Below, piece by piece: positions 14,301-30,692 of a DNA stretch of 64,000 nucleotides. The stretch is from the human T2T-CHM13v2.0 reference genome, Homo sapiens, in assembly GCF_009914755.1 (NCBI RefSeq), contig NC_060925.1, one strand, 5' to 3'. Positions within the stretch are counted from its first letter, which is position 1. Each line of letters begins with the position of its first letter. A program made the position numbers and the translations under genes. The notes below the pieces were generated by a model. It ran no database searches and was not told the DNA's origin. It was given only the letters and a program-made list of their open reading frames with translations.

Positions 14301-16873
14301 TGAAATGGATGGACTCATCATCGAATGGATTCGAATGGAATCATCGAATAAAATTGATTGAAATCATCATCCAATGGAATCGAATGGTATCATTGAATGG
14401 AATCGAATGGAATCATCATCAGATGGAAATGAATGGAATCGTCATAGAATGGAATCGAATGGATTCATTGAATGGAATCAGATGGAATCATCGAATGGAC
14501 TGGAATGGAATCATTGAATGGACTCGAAAGGGATCATTATTGAATGGAATTGAATGGAATCATCGAATGGTCTCGATTGGAATCATTATCAAATGGAATC
14601 GAATGGAATCACCGAATAGAATCGAATGGAACAATCATCGAATGGACTCAAATGGAATTATCCTCCAATGGAATCGAATGGAATTATCGAATGCAATCGA
14701 ATGGAATTATCGAATGCAATCGAATAGAATCATCGAATGGACTCGAATGGAATCATCGAATGGAATGGAATGGAACAGTCAATGAACACGAATGGAATCA
14801 TCATTGAATGGAATCGAATGGAATCATCGAGTGGAATTGAATGGAATTATGATCAAATGGAATCGAATGTAATCATCATCAAATGGAATCAAAAATAACC
14901 ATCATCAATTGGTATTGAATGGCATTGTCATCGAATGGAATTCAAAGGAATCATCATCAAATGGAACCGAATGGAATCCTCATTGAATGGAAATGAAAGG
15001 GGTCATCATCTAATGGAATCGCATGGAATCATCATCAAATGGAATCGAATGGAATCATCATCAAATGGAATCTAATGGAATCATTGAACAGAATTGAATG
15101 GAATCGTCATCGAATGAATTGAATGCAATCATCGAATGGTCTCGAATGGAATCATCTTCTAATGGAAAGGAATGGAATCATCGCATAGAATCGAATGGAA
15201 TTATCATCGAATGGAATCGAATGGTATAAACACCAAACGGAAAAAAACGGAATTATCGAATGGAATCGAAGAGAATCTTCGAACGGACCCGAATGGAATC
15301 ATCTAATGGAATGGAATGGAATAATCCATGGACTCGAATGCAATCATCATCGAATGGAATCGAATGGAATCATCGAATGGACTCGAATGGAATAATCATT
15401 GAACGGAATCGATTGGAATCATCATCGGATGGAAACGAATGGAATCATCATCGAATGGAAATGAAAGGAGTCATCATCTAATGGAATTGCATGGAATCAT
15501 CATAAAATGGAATCGAATGGAATCAACATCAAATGGAATCAAATGGAATCATTGAACGGAATTGAAAGGAATCGTCATCGAATGAATTGACTGAAATCAT
15601 CCAATGGTCTCGAATGGAATCATCTTCAAATGGAATGGAATGGAATCATCGCATAGAATCGAATGGAATTATCATCGAATGGAATCGAATGGAATCAACA
15701 TCAAACGGAAAAAAACGGAATTATCGAATGGAATCGAAGAGAATCATCGAATGGACCCGAATGGAATCATCTAATGGAATGGAATGGAATAATCCATGGA
15801 CTCCAATGCAATCATCGTCGAATGGAATCGAATGGAATCATCGAATGGACTCGAATGGAATAATCATTGAACGGAATCGAATGGAATCATCATCGGATGG
15901 AAATGAATGGAATCATCATCGAATGGAATCGAATAGAATTATGGAATGAAATCCAGTTTGATCATCATCGAATGGACCCGAATGGAATCATCATCCAACG
16001 GAAGCTAATGGAATCAACATCGAATGAATCGAATGGAAACACCATCGAATTGAAACGAATGGAATTATCATGAAATTGAAATGGATGGACTCATCATCGA
16101 ATGGATTCGAATGGAATCATCGAATAAAATTGATTGAAATCATCATCGAATGGAATCGAGTGGTATCATTGAATGGAATCGAATGGAATCATCATCAGAT
16201 GGAAATGAATGGAATCGTCATAGAATGGAATCGAATGGATTCATTGAATGAAATCAGATGGAATCATCGAATGGACTGGAATGGAATCATCGAATGGACT
16301 CGAAAGGGATCATGATTGAATGGAATTGAATGGAATCATCGAATGGTCTCGATTGGAATCATTATCAAATGGAATCGAATGGAATCCCCGAATAGAATCG
16401 AATGGAACAATCATCGAATGGACTCAAATGGAATTATCCTCAAATGGAATCGAATGGAATTATCGAATGCAATCGAATGGAATTATCGAATGCAATCGAA
16501 TAGAATCATCGAATGGACTCGAATGGAATCATCGAATGGAATGGAATGGAACAGTCAATGAACGCGAATGGAATCATCATTGAATGGAATCGAATGGAAT
16601 CATCGAGTGGAATCGAATGGAATTATGATCAAATGGAATCGAATGTAATCCTCATCAAATGGAATCAAAAATAACCATCATCAATTGGTATTGAATGGAA
16701 TTGTCATCAAATGGAATTCAAAGGAATCATCATCAAATGGAACCGAATGGAATCCTCATTGAATGGAAATGAAAGGGGTCATCATCTAATGGAATCGCAT
16801 GGAATCATCATCAAATGGAATCGAATGGAATCATCATCAAATGGAATCTAATGGAATCATTGAACAGAATTGA

Positions 16874-19800
16874 ATGGAATCGTCATCGAATGAATTGAAT
16901 GCAATCATCGAATGGTCTCGAATGGAATCATCTTCTAATGGAAAGGAATGGAATCATCGCATAGAATCGAATGGAATTATCATCGAATGGAATCGAATGG
17001 TATCAACACCAAACGGAAAAAAACGGAATTATCGAATGGAATCGAAGAGAATCTTCGAACGGACCCGAATGGAATCATCTAATGGAATGGAATGGAATAA
17101 TCCATGGACTCGAATGCAATCATCATCGAATGGAATCGAATGGAATCATCGAATGGACTCGAATGGAATAATCATTGAACGGAATCGAATGGAATCATCA
17201 TCGGATGGAAACGAATGGAATCATCATCGAATGGAAATGAAAGGAGTCATCATCTAATGCAATTGCATGGAATCATCATCAAATGGAATCGAATGGAATC
17301 AACATCAAATGGAATCTAATGGAATCATTGAACAGAATTGAATGGAATCATCATCGAATGAATTGACTGCAATCATCGAACGGTCTCGAATGGAATCATC
17401 TTCAAATGGAATGGAATGGAATCATCGCATAGAATCGAATGGAATTATCATCGAATGGAATCGAATGGAATCAACATCAAACGGAAAAAAACGGAATTAT
17501 CGAATGGAATCGAAGAGAATCATCGAATGGACCCGAATGGAATCATCTAATGGAATGGAATGGAATAATCCATGGACTCGAATGCAATCATCATCGAATG
17601 GAATCGAATGGAATCATCGAATGGACTCGAATGGAATAATCATTGAACGGAATCGAATGGAATCATCATCGGATGGAAATGAATGGAATCATCATCGAAT
17701 GGAATCGAATAGAATTATGGAATGAAATCCAGTGTGATCATCATCGAATGGACCCGAATGGAATCATCATCCAACGGAAGCTAATGGAATCAACATCGAA
17801 TGAATCCAATGGAAACATCATCGAATTGAAACGAATGGAATTATCATGAAATTGAAATGGATGGACTCATCATCGAATGGATTCGAATGGAATCATCGAA
17901 TAAAAGTGATTGAAATCATCATCGAATGGAATCGAATGGTATCATTGAATGGAATCGAATGGAATCATCATCAGATGGAAATGAATGGAATCGTCATAGA
18001 ATGGAATCGAATGGATTCATTGAATGGAATCAGATGGAATCATCGAATGGACTGGAATGGAATCATTGAATGGACTCGAAAGGGATCATGATTGAATGGA
18101 ATTGAATGGAATCATCGAATGGTCTCGATTGGAATCATTATCAAATGGAATCGAATGGAATCACCGAATAGAATCGAATGGAACAATCATCGAATGGACT
18201 CAAATGGAATTATCCTCAAATGGAATCGAATGGAATTATCAAATGCAATCGAATGGAATTATCGAATGCAATCGAATAGAATCATCGAATGGACTCGAAT
18301 GGAATCATCGAATGGAATGGAATGGAACAGTCAATGAACTCGAATGGAATCATCACTGAATGGAATCGAATGGAATCATCGAGTGGAATCGAATGGAATT
18401 ATGATCAAATGGAATCGAATGTAATCATCATCAAATGGAATCAAAAATAACCATCATCAATTGGTATTGAATGGAATTATCATCAAATGGAATTCAAAGG
18501 AATCATCATCAAATGGAACCGAATGGAATCCTCATTGAATGGAAATGAAAGGGGTCATCATCTAATGGAATCGCATGGAATCATCATCAAATGGAATCGA
18601 ATGGAATCATCATCAAATGGAATCTAATGGAATCATTGAACAGAATTGAATGGAATCGTCATCGAATGAATTGAATGCAATCATCGAATGGTCTCGAATG
18701 GAATCATCTTCTAATGGAAAGGAATGGAATCATCGCATAGAATCGAATGGAATTATCATCGAATGGAATCGAATGGTATCAACACCAAACGGAAAAAAAC
18801 GGAATTATCGAATGGAATCGAAGAGAATCTTCGAACGGACCCGAATGGAATCATCTAATGGAATGGAATGGAATAATCCATGGACTCGAATGCAATCATC
18901 ATCGAATGGAATCGAATGGAATCATCGAATGGACTCGAATGGAATAATCATTGAACGGAATCGAATGGAATCATCATCGGATGGAAACGAATGGAATCAT
19001 GATCGAATGGAAATGAAAGGAGTCATCATCTAATGGAATTGCATGGAATCATCATAAAATGGAATCGAATGGAATCAACATCAAATGGAATCAAATGGAA
19101 TCATTGAACGGAATTGAATGGAATCGTCATCGAATGAATTGACTGCAATCATCGAATGGTCTCGAATGGAATCATCTTCAAATGGAATGGAATGGAATCA
19201 TCGCATAGAATCGAAAGGAATTATCATCGAATGGAATCGAATGGAATCAACATCAAACGGAAAAAAACGGAATTATCGAATGGAATCGAAGAGAATCATC
19301 GAATGGACCCGAATGGAATCATCTAATGGAATGGAATGGAATAATCCATGGACTCGAATGCAATCATCATCGAATGGAATCGAATGGAATCATCGAATGA
19401 ACTCGAATGGAATCATCATTGAATGGAATCGAATGGAATCATCGAGTGGAATCGAATGGAATTATGATCAAATGGAATTGAATGTAATCATCATCAAATG
19501 GAATCAAAAATAACCATCATCAATTGGTATTGAATGGAATTGTCATCAAATGGAATTCAAAGGAATCATCATCAAATGGAACCGAATGGAATCCTCATTG
19601 AATGGAAATGAAAGGGGTCATCATCTAATGGAATCGCATGGAATCATCATCAAATGGAATCGAATGGAATCATCATCAAATGGAATCTAATGGAATCATT
19701 GAACAGAATTGAATGGAATCGTCATCGAATGAATTGAATGCAATCATCGAATGGTCTCGAATGGAATCATCTTCTAATGGAAAGGAATGGAATCATCGCA

Positions 19801-22800
19801 TAGAATCGAATGGAATTATCATCGAATGGAATCGAATGGTATCAACACCAAACGGAAAAAAACGGAATTATCGAATGGAATCGAAGAGAATCTTCGAACG
19901 GACCCGAATGGAATCATCTAATGGAATGGAATGGAATAATCCATGGACTCGAATGCAATCATCATCGAATGGAATCGAATGGAATCATCGAATGGACTCG
20001 AATGGAATAATCATTGAACGGAATCGAATGGAATCATCATCGGATGGAAACGAATGGAATCATCATCGAATGGAAATGAAAGGAGTCATCATCTAATGGA
20101 ATTGCATGGAATCATCATAAAATGGAATCGAATGGAATCAACATCAAATGGAATCAAATGGAATCATTGAACGGAATTGAATGGAATCGTCATCGAATGA
20201 ATTGACTGCAATCATCGAATGGTCTCGAATGGAATCATCTTCAAATGGAATGGAATGGAATCATCGCATAGAATCGAATGGAATTATCATCGAATGGAAT
20301 CGAATGGAATCAACATCAAACGGAAAAAAACGGAATTATCGAATGGAATCGAAGAGAATCATCGAATGGACCCGAATGGAATCATCTAATGGAATGGAAT
20401 GGAATAATCCATGGACTCGAATGCAATCATCATCGAATGGAATCGAATGGAATCATCGAATGGACTCGAATGGAATAATCATTGAACGGAAACGAATGGA
20501 ATCATCATCGGATGGAAATGAATGGAATCATCATCGAATGGAATCGAATAGAATTATGGAATGAAATCCAGTGTGATCATCATCGAATGGACCCGAATGG
20601 AATCATCATCCAACGGAAGCTAATGGAATCAACATCGAATGAATCGAATGGAAACACCATCGAATTGAAACGAATGGAATTATCATGAAATTGAAATGGA
20701 TGGACTCATCATCGAATGGATTCGAATGGAATCATCGAATAAAATTGATTGAAATCATCATCGAATGGAATCGAATGGTATCATTGAATGGAATCGAATG
20801 GAATCATCATCAGATGGAAATGAATGGAATCGTCATAGAATGGAATCGAATGGATTCATTGAATGGAATCAGATGGAATCATCGAATGGACTGGAATGGA
20901 ATCATTGAATGGACTCGAAAGGGATCATGATTGAATGGAATTGAATGGAATCATCGAATGGTCTCGATTGGAATCATTATCAAATGGAATCGAATGGAAT
21001 CACCGAATAGAATCGAATGGAACAATCATCGAATGGACTCAAATGGAATTATCCTCAAATGGAATCGAATGGAATTATCGAATGCAATCGAATGGAATTA
21101 TCGAATGCAATCGAATAGAATCATCGAATGGACTCGAATGGAATCATCGAATAGAATGGAATGGAACAGTCAATGAACTCGAATGGAATCATCATTGAAT
21201 GGAATCGAATGGAATCATCGAGTGGAATCGAATGGAATTATGATCAAATGGAATCGAATGTAATCATCATCAAATGGAATCAAAAATAACCATCATCAAT
21301 TGGTATTGAATGGAATTGTCATCAAATGGAATTCAAAGGAATCATCATCAAATGGAACCGAATGGAATCCTCATTGAATGGAAATGAAAGGGGTCATCAT
21401 CTAATGGAATCGCATGGAATCATCATCAAATGGAATCGAATGGAATCATCATCAAATGGAATCTAATGGAATCATTGAACAGAATTGAATGGACTGGTCA
21501 TCGAATGAATTGAATGCAATCATCGAATGGTCTCGAATGGAATCATCTTCTAATGGAAAGGAATGGAATCATCGCATAGAATCGAATGGAATTATCATCG
21601 AATGGAATCGAATGGTATCAACACCAAACGGAAAAAAACGGAATTATCGAATGGAATCGAAGAGAATCTTCGAACGGACCCGAATGGAATCATCTAATGG
21701 AATGGAATGGAATAATCCATGGACTCGAATGCAGTCATCATCGAATGGAATCGAATGGAATCATCGAATGGACTCGAATGGAATAATCATTGAACGGAAT
21801 CGAATGGAATCATCATCGGATGGAAACGAATGGAATCATCATCGAATGGAAATGAAAGGAGTCATCATCTAATGGAATTGCATGGAATCATCATAAAATG
21901 GAATCGAATGGAATCAACATCAAATGGAATCAAACGGAATCATTGAACGGAATTGAATGGAATCGTCATCGAATGAATTGACTGCAATCATCGAATGGTC
22001 TCGAATGGAATCATCTTCAAATGGAATGGAATGGAATCATCGCATAGAATCGAATGGAATTATCATCGAATGGAATCGAATGGAATCAACATCAAACGGA
22101 AAAAAACGGAATTATCGAATGGAATCGAAGAGAATCATCGAATGGACCCGAATGGAATCATCTAATGGAATGGAATGGAATAATCCATGGACTCGAATGC
22201 AATCATCATCGAATGGAATCGAGTGGAATCATCGAATGGACTCGAATGGAATAATCATTGAACGGAAACGAATGGAATCATCATCGGATGGAAATGAATG
22301 GAATCATCATCGAATGGAATCGAATAGAATTATGGAATGAAATCCAGTGTGATCATCATCGAATGGACCCGAATGGAATCATCATCCAACGGAAGCTAAT
22401 GGAATCAACATCGAATGAATCGAATGGAAACACCATCGAATTGAAACGAATGGAATTATCATGAAATTGAAATGGATGGACTCATCATCGAATGGATTCG
22501 AATGGAATCATCGAATAAAATTGATTGAAATCATCATCGAATGGAATCGAATGGTATCATTGAATGGAATCGAATGGAATCATCATCAGATGGAAATGAA
22601 TGGAATCGTCATAGAATGGAATCGAATGGATTCATTGAATGGAATCAGATGGAATCATCGAATGGACTGGAATGGAATCATTGAATGGACTCGAAAGGGA
22701 TCATGATTGAATGGAATTGAATGGAATCATCGAATGGTCTCGATTGGAATCATTATCAAATGGAATCGAATGGAATCACCGAATAGAATCGAATGGAACA

Positions 22801-25800
22801 ATCATCGAATGGACTCAAATGGAATTATCCTCAAATGGAATCGAATGGAATTATCGAATGCAATCGAATGGAATTATCGAATGCAATCGAATAGAATCAT
22901 CGAATGGACTCGAATGGAATCATCGAATAGAATGGAATGGAACAGTCAATGAACTCGAATGGAATCATCATTGAATGGAATCGAATGGAATCATCGAGTG
23001 GAATCGAATGGAATTATGATCAAATGGAATCGAATGTAATCATCATCAAATGGAATCAAAAATAACCATCATCAATTGGTATTGAATGGAATTGTCATCA
23101 AATGGAATTCAAAGGAATCATCATCAAATGGAACCGAATGGAATCCTCATTGAATGGAAATGAAAGGGGTCATCATCTAATGGAATCGCATGGAATCATC
23201 ATCAAATGGAATCTAATGGAATCATTGAACAGAATTGAATGGAATCGTCATCGAATGAATTGAATGCAATCATCGAATGGTCTCGAATGGAATCATCTTC
23301 TAATGGAAAGGAATGGAATCATCGCATAGAATCGAATGGAATTATCATCGAATGGAATCGAATGGTATCAACACCAAACGGAACAAAACGGAATTATCGA
23401 ATGGAATCGAAGAGAATCTTCGAACGGACCCGAATGGAATCATCTAATGGAATGGAATGGAATAATCCATGGACTCGAATGCAATCATCATCGAATGGAA
23501 TCGAATGGAATCATCGAATGGACTGGAATGGAATAATCATTGAACGGAATCGAATGGAATCATCATCGGATGGAAACGAATGGAATCATCATCGAATGGA
23601 AATGAAAGGAGTCATCATCTAATGCAATTGCATGGAATCATCATCAAATGGAATCGAATGGAATCAACATCAAATGGAATCTATTGGAATCATTGAACAG
23701 AATTGAATGGAATCGTCATCGAATGAATTGACTGCAATCATCGAATGGTCTCGAATGGAATCATCTTCAAATGGAATGGAATGGAATCATCGCATAGAAT
23801 CGAATGGAATTATCATCGAATGGAATCGAATGGAATCAACATCAAACGGAAAAAAACGGAATTATCGAATGGAATCGAAGAGAATCATCGAATGGACCCG
23901 AATGGAATCATCTAATGGAATGGAATGGAATAATCCATGGACTCGAATGCAATCATCATCGAATGGAGTCGAATGGATTCATCGAATGGACTCGAATGGA
24001 ATAATCATTGAACGGAATCGAATGGAATCATCATCGGATGGAAATGAATGGAATCATCATCGAATGGAATCGAATAGAATTATGGAATGAAATCCAGTGT
24101 GATCATCATCGAATGGACCCGAATGGAATCATCATCCAACGGAAGCTAATGGAATCAACATCGAATGAATCAAATGGAAACATCATCGAATTGAAACGAA
24201 TGGAATTATCATGAAATTGAAATGGATGGACTCATCATCGAATGGATTCGAATGGAATCATCGAATAAAATTGATTGAAATCATCATCGAATGGAATCGA
24301 ATGGTATCATTGAATGGAATCGAATGGAATCATCATCAGATGGAAATGAATGGAATCGTCATAGAATGGAATCGAATGGATTCATTGAATGGAATCAGAT
24401 GGAATCATCGAATGGACTGGAATGGAATCATTGAATGGACTCGAAAGGGATCATGATTGAATGGAATTGAATGGAATCATCGAATGGTCTCGATTGGAAT
24501 CATTATCAAATGGAATCGAATGGAATCACCGAATAGAATCGAATGGAACAATCATCGAATGGACTCAAATGGAATTATCCTCCAATGGAATCGAATGGAA
24601 TTATCGAATGCAATCGAATGGAATTATCGAATGCAATCGAATAGAATCATCGAATGGACTCGAATGGAATCATGGAATGGAATGGAATGGAACAGTCAAT
24701 GAACTCGAATGGAATCATCATTGAATGGAATCGAATGGAATCATCGAGTGGAATCGAATGGAATTATGATCAAATGGAATCGAATGTAATCATCATCAAA
24801 TGGAATCAAAAATAACCATCATCAATTGGTATTGAATGGAATTGTCATCAAATGGAATTCAAAGGAATCATCATCAAATGGAACCGAATGGAATCCTCAT
24901 TGAATGGAAATGAAAGGGGTCATCATCTAATGGAATCACATGGAATCATCATCAAATGGAATCGAATGGAATCATCATCAAATGGAATCTAATGGAATCA
25001 TTGAACAGAATTGAATGGAATCGTCATCGAATGAATTGAATGCAATCATCGAATGGTCTCGAATGGAATCATCTTCTAATGGAAAGGAATGGAATCATCG
25101 CATAGAATCGAATGGAATTATCATCGAATGGAATCGAATGGTATCAACACCAAACGGAAAAAAACGGAATTTTCGAATGGAATCGAAGAGAATCTTCGAA
25201 CGGACCCGAATGGAATCATCTAATGGAATGGAATGGAATAATCCATGGACTCGAATGCAATCATCATCGAATGGAATCGAATGGAATCATCGAATGGACT
25301 CGAATGGAATAATCATTGAACGGAATCGAATGGAATCATCATCGGATGGAAACGAATGGAATCATCATCGAATGGAAATGAAAGGAGTCATCATCTAATG
25401 GAATTGCATGGAATCATCATAAAATGGAATCGAATGGAATCAACATCAAATGGAATCAAATGGAATCATTGAACGGAATTGAATGGAATCGTCATCGAAT
25501 GAATTGACTGCAATCATCGAATGGTCTCGAATGGAATCATCTTCAAATGGAATGGAATGGAATCATCGCATAGAATCGAATGGAATTATCATCGAATGGA
25601 ATCGAATGGAATCAACATCAAACGGAAAAAAACGGAATTATCGAATGGAATCGAAGAGAATCATCGAATGGACCCGAATGGAATCATCTAATGGAATGGA
25701 ATGGAATAATCCATGGACTCGAATGCAATCATCATCGAATGGAATCGAATGGAATCATCGAATGAACTCGAATGGAATCATCATTGAATGGAATCGAATG

Positions 25801-27400
25801 GAATCATCGAGTGGAATCGAATGGAATTATGATCAAATGGAATTGAATGTAATCATCATCAAATGGAATCAAAAATAACCATCATCAATTGGTATTGAAT
25901 GGAATTGTCATCAAATGGAATTCAAAGGAATCATCATCAAATGGAACCGAATGGAATCCTCATTGAATGGAAATGAAAGGGGTCATCATCTAATGGAATC
26001 GCATGGAATCATCATCAAATGGAATCGAATGGAATCATCATCAAATGGAATCTAATGGAATCATTGAACAGAATTGAATGGAATCGTCATCGAATGAATT
26101 GAATGCAATCATCGAATGGTCTCGAATGGAATCATCTTCTAATGGAAAGGAATGGAATCATCGCATAGAATCGAATGGAATTATCATCGAATGGAATCGA
26201 ATGGTATCAACACCAAACGGAAAAAAACGGAATTATCGAATGGAATCGAAGAGAATCTTCGAACGGACCCGAATGGAATCATCTAATGGAATGGAATGGA
26301 ATAATCCATGGACTCGAATGCAATCATCATCGAATGGAATCGAATGGAATCATCGAATGGACTCGAATGGAATAATCATTGAACGGAATCGAATGGAATC
26401 ATCATCGGATGGAAACGAATGGAATCATCATCGAATGGAAATGAAAGGAGTCATCATCTAATGGAATTGCATGGAATCATCATAAAATGGAATCGAATGG
26501 AATCAACATCAAATGGATTCAAATGGAATCATTGAACGGAATTGAATGGAATCGTCATCGAATGAATTGACTGCAATCATCGAATGGTCTCGAATGGAAT
26601 CATCTTCAAATGGAATGGAATGGGATCATCGCATAGAATCGAATGGAATTATCATCGAATGGAATCGAATGGAATCAACATCAAACGGAAAAAAACGGAA
26701 TTATCGAATGGAATCGAAGAGAATCATCGAATGGACCCGAATGGAATCATCTAATGGAATGGAATGGAATAATCCATGGACTCGAATGCAATCATCATCG
26801 AATGGAATCGAATGGAATCATCGAATGGACTCGAATGGAATAATCATTGAACGGAAACGAATGGAATCATCATCGGATGGAAATGAATGGAATCATCATC
26901 GAATGGAATCGAATAGAATTATGGAATGAAATCCAGTGTGATCATCATTGAATGGACCCCAATGGAATCATCATCCAACGGAAGCTAATGGAATCAACAT
27001 CGAATGAATCGAATGGAAACACCATCGAATTGAAACGAATGGAATTATCATGAAATTGAAATGGATGGACTCATCATCGAATGGATTCGAATGGAATCAT
27101 CGAACAAAATTGATTGAAATCATCATCGAATGGAATCGAATGGTATCATTGAATGGAATCGAATGGAATCATCATCAGATGGAAATGAATGGAATCGTCA
27201 TAGAATGGAATCGAATGGATTCATTGAATGGAATCAGATGGAATCATCGAATGGACTGGAATGAAATCATTGAATGGACTCGAAAGGGATCATGATTGAA
27301 TGGAATTGAATGGAATCATCGAATGGTCTCGATTGGAATCATTATCAAATGGAATCGAATGGAATCACCGAATAGAATCGAATGGAACAATCATCGAATG
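16874..27400 (+). repeat. 6365 bp-offset duplication (1776+1063+1776+1750), incomplete second copy
   Basis: Shared variants at +6365: CTAATGCAATTGC (~17255/~23620), GGAAACATCATC (~17811/~24176), 713 bp deletion (~19398/~25763), GGAATTGAATGTAATC (~19474/~25839), ACGGAAACG (~20486/~26851). Confidence 0.82.
18650..19712 (+). repeat. 1063 bp unit (713 bp deletion), copy 1
   Basis: Junction CATCGAATGAACTCGAATGG at 19391-19410; anchor spacing 1063. Confidence 0.92.
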
Positions 27401-30400
27401 GACTCAAATGGAATTATCCTCCAATGGAATCGAATGGAATTATCGAATGCAATCGAATGGAATTATCGAATGCAATCGAATAGAATCATCGAAAGGACTC
27501 GAATGGAATCATCGAATGGAATGGAATGGAACAGTCAATGAACTCGAATGGAATCATCATTGAATGGAATCGAATGGAATCATCGAGTGGAATCGAATGG
27601 AATTATGATCAAATGGAATCGAATGTAATCATCATCAAATGGAATCAAAAATAACCATCATCAATTGGTATTGAATGGAATTGTCATCAAATGGAATTCA
27701 AAGGAATCATCATCAAATGGAACCGAATGGAATCCTCATTGAATGGAAATGAAAGGGGTCATCTTCTAATGGAATCGCATGGAATCATCATCAAATGGAA
27801 TCGAACGGAATCATCATCAAATGGAATCTAATGGAATCATTGAACAGAATTGAATGGAATCGTCATCGAATGAATTGAATGCAATCATCGAATGGTCTCG
27901 AATGGAATCATCTTCTAATGGAAAGGAATGGAATCATCGCATAGAATCGAATGGAATTATCATCGAATGGAATCGAATGGTATCAACACCAAACGGAAAA
28001 AAACGGAATTATCGAATGGAATCGAAGAGAATCTTCGAACGGACCCGAATGGAATCATCTAATGGAATGGAATGGAATAATCCATGGACTCGAATGCAAT
28101 CATCATCGAATGGAATCGAATGGAATCATCGAATGGACTCGAATGGAATAATCATTGAACGGAATCGAATGGAATCATCATCGGATGGAAACGAATGGAA
28201 TCATCATCGAATGGAAATGAAAGGAGTCATCATCTAATGGAATTGCATGGAATCATCATAAAATGGAATCGAATGGAATCAACATCAAATGGAATCAAAT
28301 GGAATCATTGAACGGAATTGAATGGAATCGTCATCGAATGAATTGACTGCAATCATCGAATGGTCTCGAATGGAATCATCTTCAAATGGAATGGAATGGA
28401 ATCATCGCATAGAATCGAATGGAATTATCATCGAATGGAATCGAATGGAATCAACATCAAACGGAAAAAAACGGAATTATCGAATGGAATCGAAGAGAAT
28501 CATCGAATGGACCCGAATGGAATCATCTAATGGAATGGAATGGAATAATCCATGGACTCGAATGCAATCATCATCGAATGGAATCGAATGGAATCATCGA
28601 ATGAACTCGAATGGAATCATCATTGAATGGAATCGAATGGAATCATCGAGTGGAATCGAATGGAATTATGATCAAATGGAATCGAATGTAATCATCATCA
28701 AATGGAATCAAAAATAACCATCATCAATTGGTATTGAATGGAATTGTCATCAAATGGAATTCAAAGGAATCATCATCAAATGGAACCGAATGGAATCCTC
28801 ATTGAATGGAAATGAAAGCGGTCATCATCTAATGGAATCGCATGGAATCATCATCAAATGGAATCGAATGGAATCATCATCAAATGGAATCTAATGGAAT
28901 CATTGAACAGAATTGAATGGAATCGTCATCGAATGAATTGAATGCAATCATCGAATGGTCTCGAATGGAATCATCTTCTAATGGAAAGGAATGGAATCAT
29001 CGCATAGAATCGAATGGAATTATCATCGAATGGAATCGAATGGTATCAACACCAAACGGAAAAAAACGGAATTATCGAATGGAATCGAAGAGAATCTTCG
29101 AACGGACCCGAATGGAATCATCTAATGGAATGGAATGGAATAATCCATGGACTCGAATGCAATCATCATCGAATGGAATCGAATGGAATCATCGAATGGA
29201 CTCGAATGGAATAATCATTGAACGGAATCGAATGGAATCATCATCGGATGGAAACGAATGGAATCATCATCGAATGGAAATGAAAGGAGTCATCATCTAA
29301 TGGAATTGCATGGAATCATCATAAAATGGAATCGAATGGAATCAACATCAAATGGAATCAAATGGAATCATTGAACGGAATTGAATGGAATCGTCATCGA
29401 ATGAATTGACTGCAATCATCGAATGGTCTCGAATGGAATCATCTTCAAATGGAATGGAATGGAATCATCGCATAGAATCGAATGGAATTATCATCGAATG
29501 GAATCGAATGGAATCAACATCAAACGGAAAAAAACGGAATTATCGAATGGAATCGAAGAGAATCATCGAATGGACCCGAATGGAATCATCTAATGGAATG
29601 GAATGGAATAATCCATGGACTCGAATGCAATCATCATCGAATGGAATCGAATGGAATCATCGAATGGACTCGAATGGAATAATCATTGAACGGAAACGAA
29701 TGAAATCATCATCGGATGGAAATGAATGGAATCATCATCGAATGGAATCGAATAGAATTATGGAATGAAATCCAGTGTGATCATCATCGAATGGACCCGA
29801 ATGGAATCATCATCCAATGGAAGCTAATGGAATCAACATCGAATGAATCGAATGGAAACACCATCGAATTGAAACGAATGGAATTACCATGAAATTGAAA
29901 TGGATGGACTCATCATCGAATGGATTCGGATGGAATCATCGAATAAAATTGATTGAAATCATCATCGAATGGAATCGAATGGTATCATTGAATGGAATCG
30001 AATGGAATCATCATCAAATGGAAATGAATGGAATCGTCATAGAATGGAATCGAATGGATTCATTGAATGGAATCAGATGGAATCATCGAATGGACTGGAA
30101 TGGAATCATTGAATGGACTCGAAAGGGATCATGATTGAATGGAATTGAATGGAATCATCGAATGGTCTCGATTGGAATCATTATCAAATGGAATCGAATG
30201 GAATCACCGAATAGAATCGAATGGAACAATCATCGAACGGACTCAAATGGAATTATCCTTAAATGGAATCGAATGGAATTATCGAATGCAATCGAATGGA
30301 ATTATCGAATGCAATCGAATAGAATCATCGAATGGACTCGAATGGAATCATCGAATGGAATGGAATGGAACAGTCAATGAACTCGAATGGAATCATCATT

Positions 30401-30692
30401 GAATGGAATCGAATGGAATCATCGAGTGGAATCGAATGGAATTATGATCAAATGGAATCGAATGGAATCATCATCAAATGGAATCAAAAATAACCATCAT
30501 CAATTGGTATTGAATGGAATTGTCATCAAATGGAATTCAAGGGAATCATCATCAAATGGAACTGAATGGAATCCTCATTGAATGGAAATGAAAGGGGTCA
30601 TCATCTAATGGAATCGCATGGAATCATCATCAAATGGAATCGAATGGAATCATCATCAAATGGAATCTAATGGAATCATTGAACAGAATTGA
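25015..30692 (+). repeat. 2839 bp dimer (1063 + 1776) in two tandem copies
   Basis: Anchors at 25015, 26078, 27854, 28917 and 30693. Identical deletion junction near 25763 and 28602. ACGGAAACG variant near 26851 and 29690. Confidence 0.87.

Noticed and set aside
3835-28916. Indel sizes as exact multiples of subunits (468=18x26, 442=17x26, 713=31x23)
   Set aside because: The affected segments are mixtures of subunit lengths, so the exact multiples are likely coincidental.
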